A program made the position numbers and the translations under genes. A model generated the notes under the pieces. The model made no database searches, had not been told where the DNA came from, and saw only the letters and a list, made by a program, of their open reading frames with translations. DNA of 64,000 nt from Phoronis australis. Taxonomy: Eukaryota > Animalia > Phoronida. Every line of letters begins with the position of its first letter. The first letter of the stretch is position 1. The stretch is from positions 303,873 through 367,872 of the forward strand of contig NMRA01000380.1 in the NCBI GenBank assembly GCA_002633005.1. The letters run 5' to 3'. Shown here in pieces: positions 26,201-56,753 of this stretch.

Positions 26201-29200
26201 GAGGCCGTGTGAACGCATGCTAATTCGGTGTTTGCTGACAGAAAGCTGTTGTGAAACAATTACTTGATTGTATATGCTAATGTCACATGTTAGCGGAATT
26301 TTTATTTAGAAATACAAATACATTATTCAAATCATTATTATTGTACAACCTTTGCCCTGACAGTCTGTGGAAGGGGAACCTGACTTCGCGGCCCCCGACA
26401 AGTAAGTAGATTTTCAGTTTCGTCACGGGCTAATTCACATAAATAATTATGTGCACATTATTTCTTTGGCTTACTGTTATATTTTTTCCGCGATGGGCCT
26501 GATCGGTCTCCGAGCCACTGGCCGGGATAACAAGTGTTTTGTGTGTTTAGAACTCAAAAAATCACAAGTATAAACAACACAGATCTAGGTTCTCCTGTCT
26601 GTATTTCATGGAAGAATACTTCGAATTTATCTGCGTATGTGCATGGAAGGAACCCTTCAGTTAGTTTCTGCTTAAGACGAGACACTACAAGTTGACTTGT
26701 CAAGCACGTCGTTTTATTTGCCGAGCATGGACTCGCAGAATAATGAACGTTTAGTTCTTTGCAAGATACTCAAAAATCTTCTCATCTGAGCAAGGAACGA
26801 ATTGTAACTATTTTTATAGCAGTAAGTGGTCTCAATTGAAATGTGGTTTCTTCGACTAAACGCGAGTTTATTGCCGCTTTAAGAAAGTTCCTTGAAGGTT
26901 TGTAGTAAATTCAATTGGATTGTGGGTAGCACAGCAAGTGAACATTACAAACTGAAGTGTTCATTGTGAGTCATGACTGGCACTGCTGATGTAAGGTCAT
27001 ATCTTGGCTGTGAGAAAATAACGTTCAAGGTTTTTGATTAACTTGATATTTTCTTGCACTTTCTGGAATATATTCTCATTATTGTGCATGGTGGTTTTGG
27101 TAATAAACATTAAAAAAAAATCTTTGAACAGACCCCAAACTCCTGCTACGGACCTTGGTAAATTGGCCTGCCGAACTTTGTAGGCTACGGTGTGTCCAAA
27201 TACCAGTAAATCCGTAACAGCGAAATAAAACAACACGTTTTTATAAGAACTCGGTGTATTGTTAAGGGTTTTACATCGATGATTTATTGGCGTTAAACGA
27301 TGAATTCAAGCGATAAGCTGACGCCACTTACCCGTGTTGTGAACTGCTTAGCAGACTGCATGTGAAACCAATTACGTCATGGGATAATTTCAACACCTCT
27401 GTCTGCCGTCAGGTGTCGGGTAACGCAACCAAACCTGCCGTTATCGAGTAGAACTACTCCATCTAAATTGATACAAAATAGGTTGTTTTTTGGGTGGCAT
27501 TCTCCTTTAATGACATAAAAAGTGTGTGACTGGTAAATAATTCCAGATATGCATATGTGAACAAAACCAGTGACATGCTTAGATATGAGTAGAGTTCTAT
27601 TGTCAAGCGTCTTAATTCCAATCACAATACTCTAAACCCCAGTCCTTACTGTCAAACAGGCAGTCTAAACACCAAATGTGTCTAGTGTTGGGTGGGGGTT
27701 TCAGAAGTGCTTTTCAGATGTTTAGAATTCTTGGGCCCATTCCAAGAAACCATCTTATTAAGCTCATTTTTACTTAAGTCTAAGATTTGTCTGACCTTCC
27801 AAATTTTGAAACTTCCTCATCCAATAAGTTAATAGTTAAAATAAAGACAAAGCTTAAGTCAAACATGAGATCTCTTTCTTGAAACAGACTTGAGACAAAT
27901 TTTAGTTTTATCGTAAAATTGGCTGAAATTTAAGATTCGTTTTACCTAAGTTAGTTTCCTTAGAACGGACCTCTGGTACCATGTGAATGATAATGCTTGT
28001 AATTTGGAGGTCTGACCACAGTGTGTCTCTGCACATTGTTTTGTAAAATTGCATCATTCTGTAGCTTTCCTCGTTGTAAAAACATTTTGTTTTTTTGTTC
28101 ATCTGATCACATTCTTGTGTCTTATATCGTCCTCAGGTGAAGTGTGTTGCTTGGGCACGTAGCGGAAGTCTGTTAGCCACCTGCAGTCGTGACAAGAGCG
28201 TCTGGGTCTGGGAGGGTGAGAGCTTCTTGTGCTGACACCGATAGTTAGTTAGTTACAGTGTTTGACACTAAACTGAGGGGTCAGATGTAGTTCAAATATT
28301 TATTTATCGCAGTGAAATAATCACAATGAACGAGTACAGAAGGAACAGTACAGTTCGAATATTTATATATCACAGTGAAATTATAATGACAATGAACAAG
28401 TACAAAAGGAACAGTGCAGTTCAAATATTTATATATCACAGTGAAATAATGACAATGAACAAGTACAGGAGGAACAGTGCAGTTCAAATATTTATATATC
28501 ACAGTGAAATAATCACAATGAACAAGTACAGAAGGAACAGTGTAGTTCAAATATTTACATATCGCAGTGAAATAATGACAATGAACAAGTACAGGAGGAA
28601 CAGTGCAGTTCAAATATTTATATATCACAGTGAAATAATGACAATGAACTAGCACAGAAGGAGCAGTCAGGTCAAATATTTATATATCGCAGTGAAATAA
28701 CCACAATGAGCAAGTACAAGAGGAACAGTGCAGTTCAAATATTTTTATATCTCAGTGAAATCTCACCAATTTAGGACACACTATGGCTGGCAAGGGAAAT
28801 TTTATTTCTTCACTTTTTTCATAAAAGTGAAGTAGCTCCAACCAAATGCTTTGCACCATAGTTACCATCAGCCAATGTATTGAGACAGTGTGGGTATTCA
28901 CAACAACATTAGAAGGCTTTGAAAAGCAAAAAAGGTCAATTTTGACAATTATTTTTTGTCCGAAATTGGTGAAATTTTTAATTAAGTAGTGCTAGATTAA
29001 ATCAAAATGTATGCTTACTGTATAATAGTGACCGAAAAAAGAGGGATGACTGTCATATTATTTCATATTCAAAAACATATAAGTGTCAGTTAATTTCTGC
29101 ATTCCCAGCAGAAGGTCTGAGGTTCATTCCCTGGTAGTAGGACAGTATTTTCAGACTTGCAGTCTTTGGGTCATGTGGTGTAATCTAAGATTGTCATGTA

Positions 29201-32200
29201 CGTATGGTCTCTATCAACATTGATGCCCTGAATTATAATTTATCGATGACACTGTATCGGTCTTTCAGTTGATGAAGAGGATGAATACGAGTGTGCCAGT
29301 GTAATAACAGCACATACCCAAGATGTCAAGCAGGTGTGCTGGCACCCCAACAAGGAGGTGAGTAACGTCGAGGAGGTCTTTACGTTCTACAAATATTACG
29401 TGTCAGACACCGTTGATGACGTGCTGTTATCACATGTCACATTGTTCTTGATGACCTGTTTACGAACAGCACAAAGTTGTCTAAGAGACTAAGGTCGATG
29501 TTTTCCGCGTAATGATTTGTGGGAAGGCACTACTACAAACTACGAGAGTGTGTACTGTGTAGGTCATATTGATTGAAAATTAATTTGCATTCATTTAATG
29601 TATTAAGTGACTGCAATTCAGCCCACGATTGTGCAAGCAGGGAGAAAGGAACATATGTGGTGTGGAGGTCAAAGTTCAATGTCACCATTCATTTTGTATG
29701 AGCAATTTCTAACAAATCTCTGCTCTAGATTAAACACATTCTCGTCAGAGATCTATAAGTTAAATTTTTGTTCAATGCTTTTGACATCGTGCTGCTGTGA
29801 AACGAATACAGCTTATAGATTTTGATGACAACTCAAATGCCTTACGCAATTTGATGGCAACCCAAATGCCATACGCAATTTGATGGCAGCCCAAATGCCA
29901 TACGCAATTTTATGGCAACCCAAATGCCATACGCAATTTGATGGCAACCCAAATGCCATACGCAATTTGATGGCAACCCAAATGTCATACCCAATTTGAT
30001 GGCAACCCAAATGCCATACGCAATTTGGTGTGTTGAAACATCACAAGTCGCATGTACATATTGCTTAAAATATTTCATGAGCGAGTCCTAAGCTTTGGGG
30101 AGGGCCTAAGCTAGGCGAGTCCTAAGCTAGGCGAGTCCTAAGCTTTGGGGGGCTTAAACTAAATTTAATTTGGAGTTCCTTTTCACCGAAGACTGCATTC
30201 GTCTCGTATTCTAAGAGTTATGCCAACTATGTTTTATCTCAGTTTTGCTCACTGTTTGACATCTATATTGATATGTTTGATTGCTGTTTATTTGTTACAG
30301 TTATTATTTTTACGTGACACATGGCTTTTGTGTTAAAAATCCTTCAGCTTGTTATTTTAGGATGTATTTGACTGGGCAGTCGCCGTGTAGTGTATCGTAA
30401 ATTTGAATTGTTCAATAAAGTTCATGTGGTGGGTTTGTCATCAAAGATATGTAATGTTCAAGAGATGGTGAATTGTGCACAAGGCATGGGAACCTGGTAA
30501 TTTGTCTCAGATTTTCTCCCCTACAGGTGCTAGCTTCATCAAGTTACGATGACACAATAAAACTATTCAAAGAAGACGGAGACGATTGGTCCTGTTTTGC
30601 CACGTTAGGTAATGATGCAAAATACATTTAAAGTGGCAATTTAAGCCACAGAGCTCTAGGAAATCAATGTACATTGACCACTACTTGATAACATAGAATC
30701 TAATGAAATTTTTGTAAAATACCACAAATTTTGCAAAATTATGTACAATTGGTCACAGCACAAGGTTGTGATATGAAGTCTTTCAATATGTGAATGTTCA
30801 GTTAAGTGGAACTAATTTTCAAGTTGCCACACAGTAGTTCAAAAACATTGTATTGACAATTTATTGCACTTACAATGTGTGTGAAAAATAATCAGACAAA
30901 ATAACCCATCATCATGATGGCCGAGTTCCTGTCAGAATAGCCAGGATGTTGAGATGGGGAAACAAAATGTTGTGCGACTGTTTTAGCACGTACTGTTTTA
31001 GCTTGCTGCAAATACTTTTGACTTTTCTTCTGCAGCACTTGGTGAAATATGCCTAAAATGTGATATTTTGCACAGCCATTGGTAAATCACTAGGTTAGAT
31101 TGCCTCGTGTTCGAAACATTTGATTACTTTGTTTATATGGTATAGAGATACAAAAGGTTTTAGGAAAACCAACTCTTCACCCATTTTGTTTTTAGATTCC
31201 CATGAATCCACTGTGTGGAGTCTTTGCTTTAACTCCACTGGTGATCGGCTCGTGTCCTGCAGCGATGACAAGACTGTCAAGATATGGCAGGAGTACCTGC
31301 CTGGGAACCAAGAGGGTTAGTAAAGAGCTGGCTCATCATTTGTACGTTTGTATTAAGCTGGCTCATCATTTGTATGTTAGTGTTGAGCTAACTCATCATT
31401 TGTATGTTTAGTAATGAGCTGGTTTATCATTTGTACATTAGTAATGAGCTGGCTCATCATTTGTATGTAAGTGTTGAGCTAACTCATCATTTGTACGAAT
31501 AGTAATGAGCTAGCTCATCATTTGTACAGTAGTAATGAGCTGGCTCATCATTTGTATGTTGGGCTTCCGTCTTCTTTCCAGTGACAACATTGTGTTTTTA
31601 CGCAAGTGCAATGACGTAATAACGGTACCTAGCAACCTAGGCTGACCTCAAGTTCAGCCCCTCTTATTCCGGGTACAAAATCCGCTTCACTAATGGTGCA
31701 TCAATAAGTCACCCATGAGATAAGGGAGTACCCTACACCAAAAAATTTTGTATTGTTGTACACGTTCTTCATTGTCGTTGTTAACAAGCCAACCCTGATT
31801 GGTGATGAATTTCCTCTTCTTTCGGGCCCCAGGCCCTCCGGGTTTAAGTTGGGATACTTTTAGGAGTATGCCCTGCATCATGGGTGCACACGAATTTTAT
31901 TGGTGGACTATTGTAATTGCTGAACTCATGCCTACAGGTGCATTAAAATTTTGTTGCAGTCCGGCCTTATTTTGTCTTGAATATTCATTGCATTCAGATT
32001 ACATAACAACAAGTCAGGCCTTATTTTGTCTTGAATATTCATTGCATTCAGATTACATTACTACAATGCGAAGTGGCTGATCAAAACTAACGTGATTGAC
32101 CAACAGGTTTATCAAATGGTGAAAATTCAGACCCAGCTATGGATTTTGTGTTTGGTTAATTTGAAATGCAGTTAATTATTTTGGTTGTCGTGAAATGTAC

Positions 32201-35160
32201 ACTCTGTCTGATTTAGCTTATGAAGTCACATATTCAAAATTCAGCCCCCTTAAAATTGAATTGAAAAGGATCAGGTAATGCTAATGTGACTTATACATCC
32301 TGCAGGGTGGCTCATAGATTTGAGATTAAACATTCTTAAATTCAGACCATGAAACTTGTTTTCTTAAATCTCATCATGTGCGCACGATATATGCACTTAG
32401 CGGGTTAGATTGTTTTGTGAGACGTGTGTTTCCAACCTGACAAGAGTTGTTTTGTTTTGAGTTAATTGTGTTTTCAGAATAAGTAATTCATCTTCTCAAA
32501 TTAGTCAAATGAACACTTCTAGTAGTATTTCTGGTCTCATGGTCCCAAACTTGTTAAATCTAATTGCTATGTTACACCTTTCTGGGCTTCCGAAAGCATA
32601 CCCATTGTAACTTTTTTAGGTCTTGTCTGTGATTTTGAATCAAGTGAGATTATTTGTTATTAAAATGGTAAATTGGCGGAAGTGCTGCTTTGATCAAGTG
32701 TCTGCGAAAAGCATTGCTGTGTTTGAATGTCCACAAATAGTCTCAGTTGGAGGACTGTGTTGCATAGTGGTGTGGACCACAGCTTCTCACTTGGGAACCC
32801 AAATTCACATCCTGTGTTATCTGGCAGAGCACGAGAATTGCTGTAATAAACACTTGTCTCCTTGTGTTCGATCATTTGACGGAATGTACTGGACTCAGCT
32901 CTGATGCAGTTATGCCTATGAAAAAAAACTTAAAGGGTCATTGCCCATTTTATGATCGAAAAATGCATTTTTGGGATTATCTTTGCTTGTTAGCTTTGAT
33001 CAGAGTTATAAAACAACAAAATCTATTTCTGTGCTTTTGTTGCTAATTGCCAAATCTTACTGTTGTCTATCAGACATACAAAATCTATTTTTGTGATTTT
33101 GTTGCTAATCGCGAAATCTTACTGTTATCTACCAGACATTCAGTGAAATAATGGCCAGTAATTTTACTAGTTTCAACTAGGTTTTAACTAGTAATGAGCT
33201 TAAAATGTTCTTACATTGATCTAGTGACATCTAGTGACATCTAGTGGGGTTAAGCTCTGCCAACAGAGCTTTGAAGATTCAATTCCATGTTGAGACTGAG
33301 CTTTGATTATGGTCACCTAATGTTATAAAACTTAGTTTAATTTGTTTCTTGCTCAGATTAGAAGTGATTTCTTGGTTAGGAAGAACTGACCATTTCTTAA
33401 TCTTTGAGTCCGGGCTCAATATTCGGTCTTCTCAGAGCAGGTTAAATTACGACTCTTTAAGTAATAATGACCTGTCAACTTTCTCAAGCCCAGAAACAAC
33501 TTCTTACGATTATGGAACATGCGAACATACTGAAACCATTTTTTGACAATAAGTGGTCAAATTCAAAATTTAGTTTTTTTGCAACTTTAGGGAATTGAAA
33601 TTGCTTAGCTACCTAGCTGTGGCATAGTCGACATAGATTCAAGGTCGTGTGCGTAGCAGATGTTATGAGATGGCTCTGTTGCTTACTTAATGCCGCGCTG
33701 ATTATTCTTCAGGTGTCGTGACCTCTGGTAATGACCCAACGTGGAAGTGTGTTTGTACTATTTCTGGATATCACAACAGAACGATATATGATGTGAAGTG
33801 GTAGGTCACATAACGATGTTTTTTCTCTGTATTGTGTAGTCTGTAGTCACTTGCATTGCATTATCATTATTCGTGCTCATTTAGTGCTGTATTATAACTG
33901 TGAATCAGTAGACTTTCTTGTAACTAAGTAACAGTGTTGTGTTTATAATATTCTAGCTTTTGTTTGACAAGCGAAGATAATGATTTATTTATTGCTATGT
34001 ATCTTCATCACCTTGGCCAAATTTTTTTCAAATGTTATTTGAAATCCTGATTGTCATACCTCCAACACCCTCGATTCCTAAGCACTAAAGACATCACCAT
34101 CAGCCATATTGGACCCTATTACGGAATCTGGACACAGAGTTGTCTTCACAATATGCTGTGGGATTCGGGGCTGGTAATTTCACTCTTTTAAAGGACTTTC
34201 TCTATGTTGGTTTCGATTTCCTGTTATTTGATTTTCAGTTCTCTTTTTCCATCTTTTTTCAGTGTTTTGGCTTTTTTCATGCAAAAATGAATTTCTTGTA
34301 GATAAATGTTACGAATAAAAAAGTATCTTTATCACATCAGTCTATTTGTAGAATCATAAGTCACTTGCAAAATTTTCCTGTTATTTGTCATTGGTTATTT
34401 CAAGCGCTGGGAAATCTGACTTGAGTATAAAAGTCTACCATCATGTCCAGAAGCATGCCATAGACTTGAGTATAAAAGTCTACCATCATATCCAGAAGCA
34501 TGCCATAGACTTGAGTATAAAAGTCTACCATCATATCCAGAAGCATGCCATAGAGAAATTCTCCTCATCTTCTATGCACCTATTGAAAAGACCTGTGTCC
34601 TCTAAACATGATAAGCTTGGCCTTGGAAATCTTGCTTTGTGGTCGCCTCTCTTAATCAACTCCATGTCCAAAACTGTGGTATAGATCTCCATGTAAATAT
34701 TATTTCATAGTTGTCAATCACTGGCGTAGCCGTGGGGGCACAACGGGGCGATGTTCCTTCATTCATTCCAAAAAAGCCCTCCCCGGTCGAAACTCATTTC
34801 AGTTTTACTGTCCTGTTCATTGGCTCCAGGTTGCCCACTCATTTTAATCCCCCCACTCACCAGCAATTTAGCTTGTGCTACTCTGATGGTTGTCAATCTC
34901 ATTTTTCACTTTCCTCCTCTAGGTGTCACTTGTCGGGTTTGATAGCTACAGCATGCGGCGATGACGCCATCAGGATATTCCAAGAGCAGCCGGAATGTGA
35001 CAAGAACCAACCCTCCTTCAGTTTAATCACAACTAATGCCAAGGCGCATTCACAGGACGTCAACAGTGTCGCTTGGAATCCCACTCAGTGTGGACTCTTA
35101 GCTTCATGTGGAGATGAGGGACTAGTGAAAATTTGGCAGTGTGTGGATTGGGATACATAA
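20161..35160 (+). CDS. CIAO1: CIAO1, cytosolic iron-sulfur assembly component 1 (WD40 propeller). Spliced CDS join(20161..20293,23141..23322,28137..28215,29269..29357,30527..30608,31196..31315,33713..33800,34923..35160), 336 aa
   Basis: Exon lengths 133+182+79+89+82+120+88+238=1011 nt, one open frame, all junctions GT-AG. Motifs [93 protein letters not shown] match Cia1/CIAO1. Confidence 0.97.
20524..20942 (+). mobile_element. PIF/Harbinger-like MITE, copy 1 (CIAO1 intron 1)
   Basis: TIRs ggccctttcatact / agtatgaaagggcc; homologous inverted copy at 42249-42722. The TSD is not cleanly conserved, so the superfamily is tentative. Confidence 0.7.
23141..23322 (+). CDS. CIAO1: CIAO1 coding exon 2 ([19 protein letters not shown]...LEGHENE)
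   Basis: Acceptor ccttttag ends at 23140, donor gtacgt at 23323; 182 nt. Confidence 0.96.
23587..23745 (+). mobile_element. tRNA-derived SINE relic
   Basis: Pol III A-box-like tggcctagtgtg (23597-23608) and B-box-like ggtttgagtccc (23641-23652), followed by a gacccttgag..agg conserved-domain-like segment. No intact cloverleaf. Confidence 0.6.
23991..24092 (+). repeat. ~105-bp foldback repeat, copy A
   Basis: Core tttgagaaccagttt...aaactggttctcaaa; homologous to 39593-39697 and 42740-42845. Confidence 0.75.
24146..25765 (+). mobile_element. Kolobok-like non-autonomous DNA transposon with THAP relic, in CIAO1 intron 2
   Basis: TTAA at 24142-24145 and 25766-25769; TIRs aggagaatgccac / gtggcattctcct; internal THAP pseudo-ORF. 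A TTAA TSD, purine-purine termini and a THAP domain are Kolobok hallmarks. Confidence 0.8.
24311..24570 (+). pseudogene. THAP zinc-finger domain relic: [70 protein letters not shown]...
   Basis: C..C...P...W...CxxHF THAP pattern; the conserved Trp codon is TGA at 24422-24424. Confidence 0.78.
24578..27572. repeat. Direct duplication 24578-25831 vs 25833-27572, probably uncollapsed haplotypes
   Basis: Includes the Kolobok right TIR, TTAA and 3' flank twice; joined by n at 25832; the second copy has an extra 26633-27123. Confidence 0.85.
28137..28215 (+). CDS. CIAO1: CIAO1 coding exon 3 ([26 protein letters not shown])
   Basis: Acceptor cctcag ends at 28136, donor gtgag at 28216. Not in the ORF track. 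Confidence 0.96.
28289..28760. repeat. 63-bp minisatellite, ~7.5 copies
   Basis: Unit agttcaaatatttatatatcacagtgaaataatgacaatgaacaagtacaggaggaacagtgc. Confidence 0.95.
29269..29357 (+). CDS. CIAO1: CIAO1 coding exon 4 ([30 protein letters not shown])
   Basis: Acceptor tctttcag ends at 29268, donor gtgagt at 29358. Confidence 0.96.
29822..30026. repeat. 29-bp minisatellite, ~7 copies
   Basis: Unit ttgatggcaacccaaatgccatacgcaat. Confidence 0.95.
30527..30608 (+). CDS. CIAO1: CIAO1 coding exon 5 ([27 protein letters not shown])
   Basis: Acceptor ccctacag ends at 30526, donor gtaatg at 30609. Confidence 0.96.
31196..31315 (+). CDS. CIAO1: CIAO1 coding exon 6 ([12 protein letters not shown]...[10 protein letters not shown])
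   Basis: Acceptor tttttag ends at 31195, donor gttagt at 31316. Confidence 0.96.
31316..31560. repeat. ~30-bp minisatellite, ~8 copies, starting at a CIAO1 splice donor
   Basis: Unit gttagtaatgagctggctcatcatttgtat. Confidence 0.93.
31959..32066. repeat. 54-bp tandem duplication
   Basis: ggccttattttgtcttgaatattcattgcattcagattacat x2. Confidence 0.9.
33713..33800 (+). CDS. CIAO1: CIAO1 coding exon 7 ([30 protein letters not shown])
   Basis: Acceptor ttcttcag ends at 33712, donor gtaggt at 33801; phase 2. Confidence 0.96.
34418..34554. repeat. 45-bp tandem repeat x3
   Basis: gacttgagtataaaagtctaccatcatatccagaagcatgccata. Confidence 0.93.
34923..35160 (+). CDS. CIAO1: CIAO1 last coding exon ([19 protein letters not shown]...[10 protein letters not shown])
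   Basis: Acceptor cctctag ends at 34922; TAA at 35158-35160. Confidence 0.96.
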
Positions 35161-38100
35161 CGTTCTCTAGCAGGGAACTTCAATGATGTAATAGCTCCTT
35201 AGGAGTTGTGTCACACTGAACTTTGCACAGTTGCAAAAATACAAGAATGTACATTTGTCATAATTGTTGATTGATGTGAGGCTCGTGCTTCGACTGATGG
35301 TCATGTGTTAGAAGTCCGAGGCAAAACTTGGATGAAACAATGGAGATATCTCACTCACCAGTAAAGTATTTTGAATGTGTAATGTTGCAAAAAATAACAA
35401 ATGTTCGTCTTCATATTGCTCTGTCTCTTCCTTAGTATTATCTACCTACGTTCAATGGTAGATATCATTTTTCACTAACAATATTAAAACGAATTGGAAA
35501 ACCCCCTCCCACTGAGAACTTCAGGCAATTGTGGTCATTTATCCCACTAGGTCACACTCTGCCAATAGGGCCAACAAAATTTTATTTAATCATTTCGGTA
35601 TAAGGTTTGTAGCCCCTAACTACATTTTCATGTTCGAGTTTTATTCTACTACTACCATCTGACAAAAGTTTTGATCAAATATGGTATTCAAAGTGTTAGA
35701 AAACCTCAACGAATGAAGACGGAAATTTTGGCAATTATTTTTGTCCTCAACCGGGTAGTTTATTGTATACTGTAGCAATTCAACTTTTTATCAGTTGCAG
35801 TGACACTACTGTCGAACCATTTTACAACCAACTGTCTCGGGATGTTTCTAAAACGTTCCGTGTAACCAAAAGCTGTTGTAATAAAATCTGCAGTAAACAA
35901 GTCCTTGTATACAGCGCAGTTGGCTTGAGATATGTGGAGTGGAATGTTAAGGAAGGTAATGCAACAAGCCCAAGTACGTTTGCCGCAGTTCAACTGTAGC
36001 AAGGTTCTGAGCACACTTGCAAAACATCAGTGCCATCTTTCGTATCTGTTAAAACTATTCAATAAACGACCCCCAAATCCACAGTCGGCGTTAATAAGTG
36101 CTTAGGTTGTATTAAGGCAGACATCTCGCTATGACTGAGCACATTTGCAAATAACAAAGACTTTCGAAGTTACTAACAATCAGTTTATTGCTCAGCTATC
36201 CTTCAAAACAATACATACATCACATGATGTCCACTAGTACAGATACACCGGAACAAGATTATACTAAAATAACAATGGTTGCCTTTTGCCTGTCTAAAAA
36301 TTGTCTGCACGCTTTGTTACGTAACAATATAACATCTGTGCTGGTCTGTAAAACTGTACAACAATACAAATTCAAAATGCACCACAGTGAAACTACTATG
36401 TGTTACTTGAAGTTTCAACGGATTCAAAGACCCAAATCTGATGTATTTTGTATTTTCGACAACATGGGTAACTTTGGGGTCAACACAAACTCAACTTAAA
36501 AGCATTCAACACAGAGGTGTGTTTTACAGACGCACGCACACAAACACACACACAAACATGCGCACACATGCTAAATAATATCTAGAAAAATTCTACACTG
36601 AATCCTGGGTAGAAACGATCCCATGGTCACACTAGGTACAATCCCCTCGAACCCTGACCAGTAAACATGCGAATACCATACTTGAGCCCCTGAACTCTAC
36701 GCGTGCTGAAAATACTTCATACCAGGGGACAAGAGATGGGCATGGAGTACTTTCAGTGCCTGTGTGGAGTTCAAAGGCCCGGGTAAAAAGTTTCCACAGG
36801 GGATGTGATATTTGGTGATACTGGGATTTAGGGGATCCGAGCTGAAATCTGCGACACCTTGAATCCTTTCTACACCCTGAATGTGACCTACCGTATATAC
36901 CGTCTGATTATTTACACCTACACTTTCCCTCTCTGCGTAGAAATATTCGTTAATCCGTCATATAAACAGGAACAACTACTACTTGAGGTATTTCAACTTT
37001 AAAACTTTAAATACATCACACTAATCTAAAGAAAAGCGACTCTGGAATCGGAACACAGATAAAGAAAAGGGTGGATCTATTTACAAACATTACCACACAT
37101 GTGGATTTGCAAGCCAATAAGTTAGCCCTGAAAGATACAATATACCTCAACCCACCAGCCAATAACAACCTTCCTACACTAGACATCTAAACTCAAGACT
37201 ACTGTGGAGATAACGTAAAGCAGCGCAGCTATAAACCTGAATTCCGTCACAAAAACGACTTCAAATTTATTTGGACCACTTTCTACAATGAAATTGGCCT
37301 CAAATAGTCTGTTGGTCAAAGTGGGTCATTTCTAGACTCGGAAAGAGGCCACAATTTGTTGCTTGAGACGAAGCGCTATAAGTTAACTTATCACCGGGGG
37401 TCAATTTATTCGTGGGGCATGATCGCCAGTCTCTTCTTTCCAAGCCCAGAAAATGTATTTATTTTGATCAATGAACAATTTAAGGCATTTTTCATAAGTG
37501 GTGGTCCAAAACAGAAGCTGGTTTCTTTGAAAGAACACCTGTTTAATGCCGCTTTAAGATATCCACGCACCTATGCACAAAGTATATGGCCGATAAACCA
37601 ATGCACAATATGTTCACCTAAACCTCTTGACATTTTTGATGAAATTTTGCTCAGTAGTGTACAGTGTACAATTAAAAATTCTGTTCTCCAGAAAAAATTT
37701 GGGTGAAATTATTGAAGAGCATAATTTCACAACACTTGGGAGTAAATGTACTGCGACATGTTCAGCCTCTATCGTTAATTCTTCAATTAGCACAAAAGGT
37801 AGCAGACAACTTGAATCTATTTTGTCAAAAATAAAGAGAATAAGGATATTTCAGTCTATGATTAATTTGTTCTTAACAGGTGTCAGAAAAGAATTTTCTA
37901 TTATTTTCAGCAACGTAATTAGCCTTTAAGTTATGCAACATTTTTTGTGCAAAATGAGTGAATAATTGCCTATTATTTCAACCTTCAACCTTTTAAGACC
38001 AAAAATATACTTCATCGGCTTGTTTGATACTGTCACAAAATTACTAACGGAACTTACCAAAATAGCCAGTTCCGTGGTTGTTATGCTAACAGGCTGTATA

Positions 38101-38593
38101 ACTTAGCTATTGCACTTCGTGGACAGAACAATGCGTTCCTTAACTTAGAGATACATCAATAAGAAATCTAACAAAAACACATTAAGGAGTTGTTATGCTT
38201 AAGTGAGACTGCAGTCAACCAATCAAGCATATGTATCAACATTTATTCAATAATTTATGTCATGCCCTTCAGATGTATACAACACCAGCCTTTGGAAATT
38301 CCATGGGTACTTCCATTATTTCTCCTGCTGTGTACTCAGTTACCTCCCCTGTGATGAGATCATGACCATGTAGCTAAATGCACCAATATTGAGTAAAATG
38401 AAATAAAAAGGAACAAGTTCCTGGTTGACTGAACTCGTTGCAGTTTTATTTCTTTGTTTTGGTTTTTCAAACACTGCCAACTAAAGTAACACTACGCCCA
38501 CCATTAGCAAATAACGTTCAAATGCTTTTGTGTTGTCTTCATCAACTTAAAGGCAGGGTTTTTAAATTACTGCGGATTTTTCAGTCGTCACTT

Positions 38594-56753
<18,160 letters not shown>

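Noticed and set aside
28281-28655. Repetitive ORFs on both strands (21-aa units)
   Set aside because: By-product of the 63-bp minisatellite inside a CIAO1 intron.
29822-30026. CRISPR-like 29-bp repeats
   Set aside because: Head-to-tail with no spacers, in a eukaryotic intron, and no cas genes.
35792-35808. Iron-responsive element in the CIAO1 3' region (C-AGTTG-CAGTGA)
   Set aside because: The 3' arm CACTA cannot form the 5-bp upper stem, and there is no lower stem.
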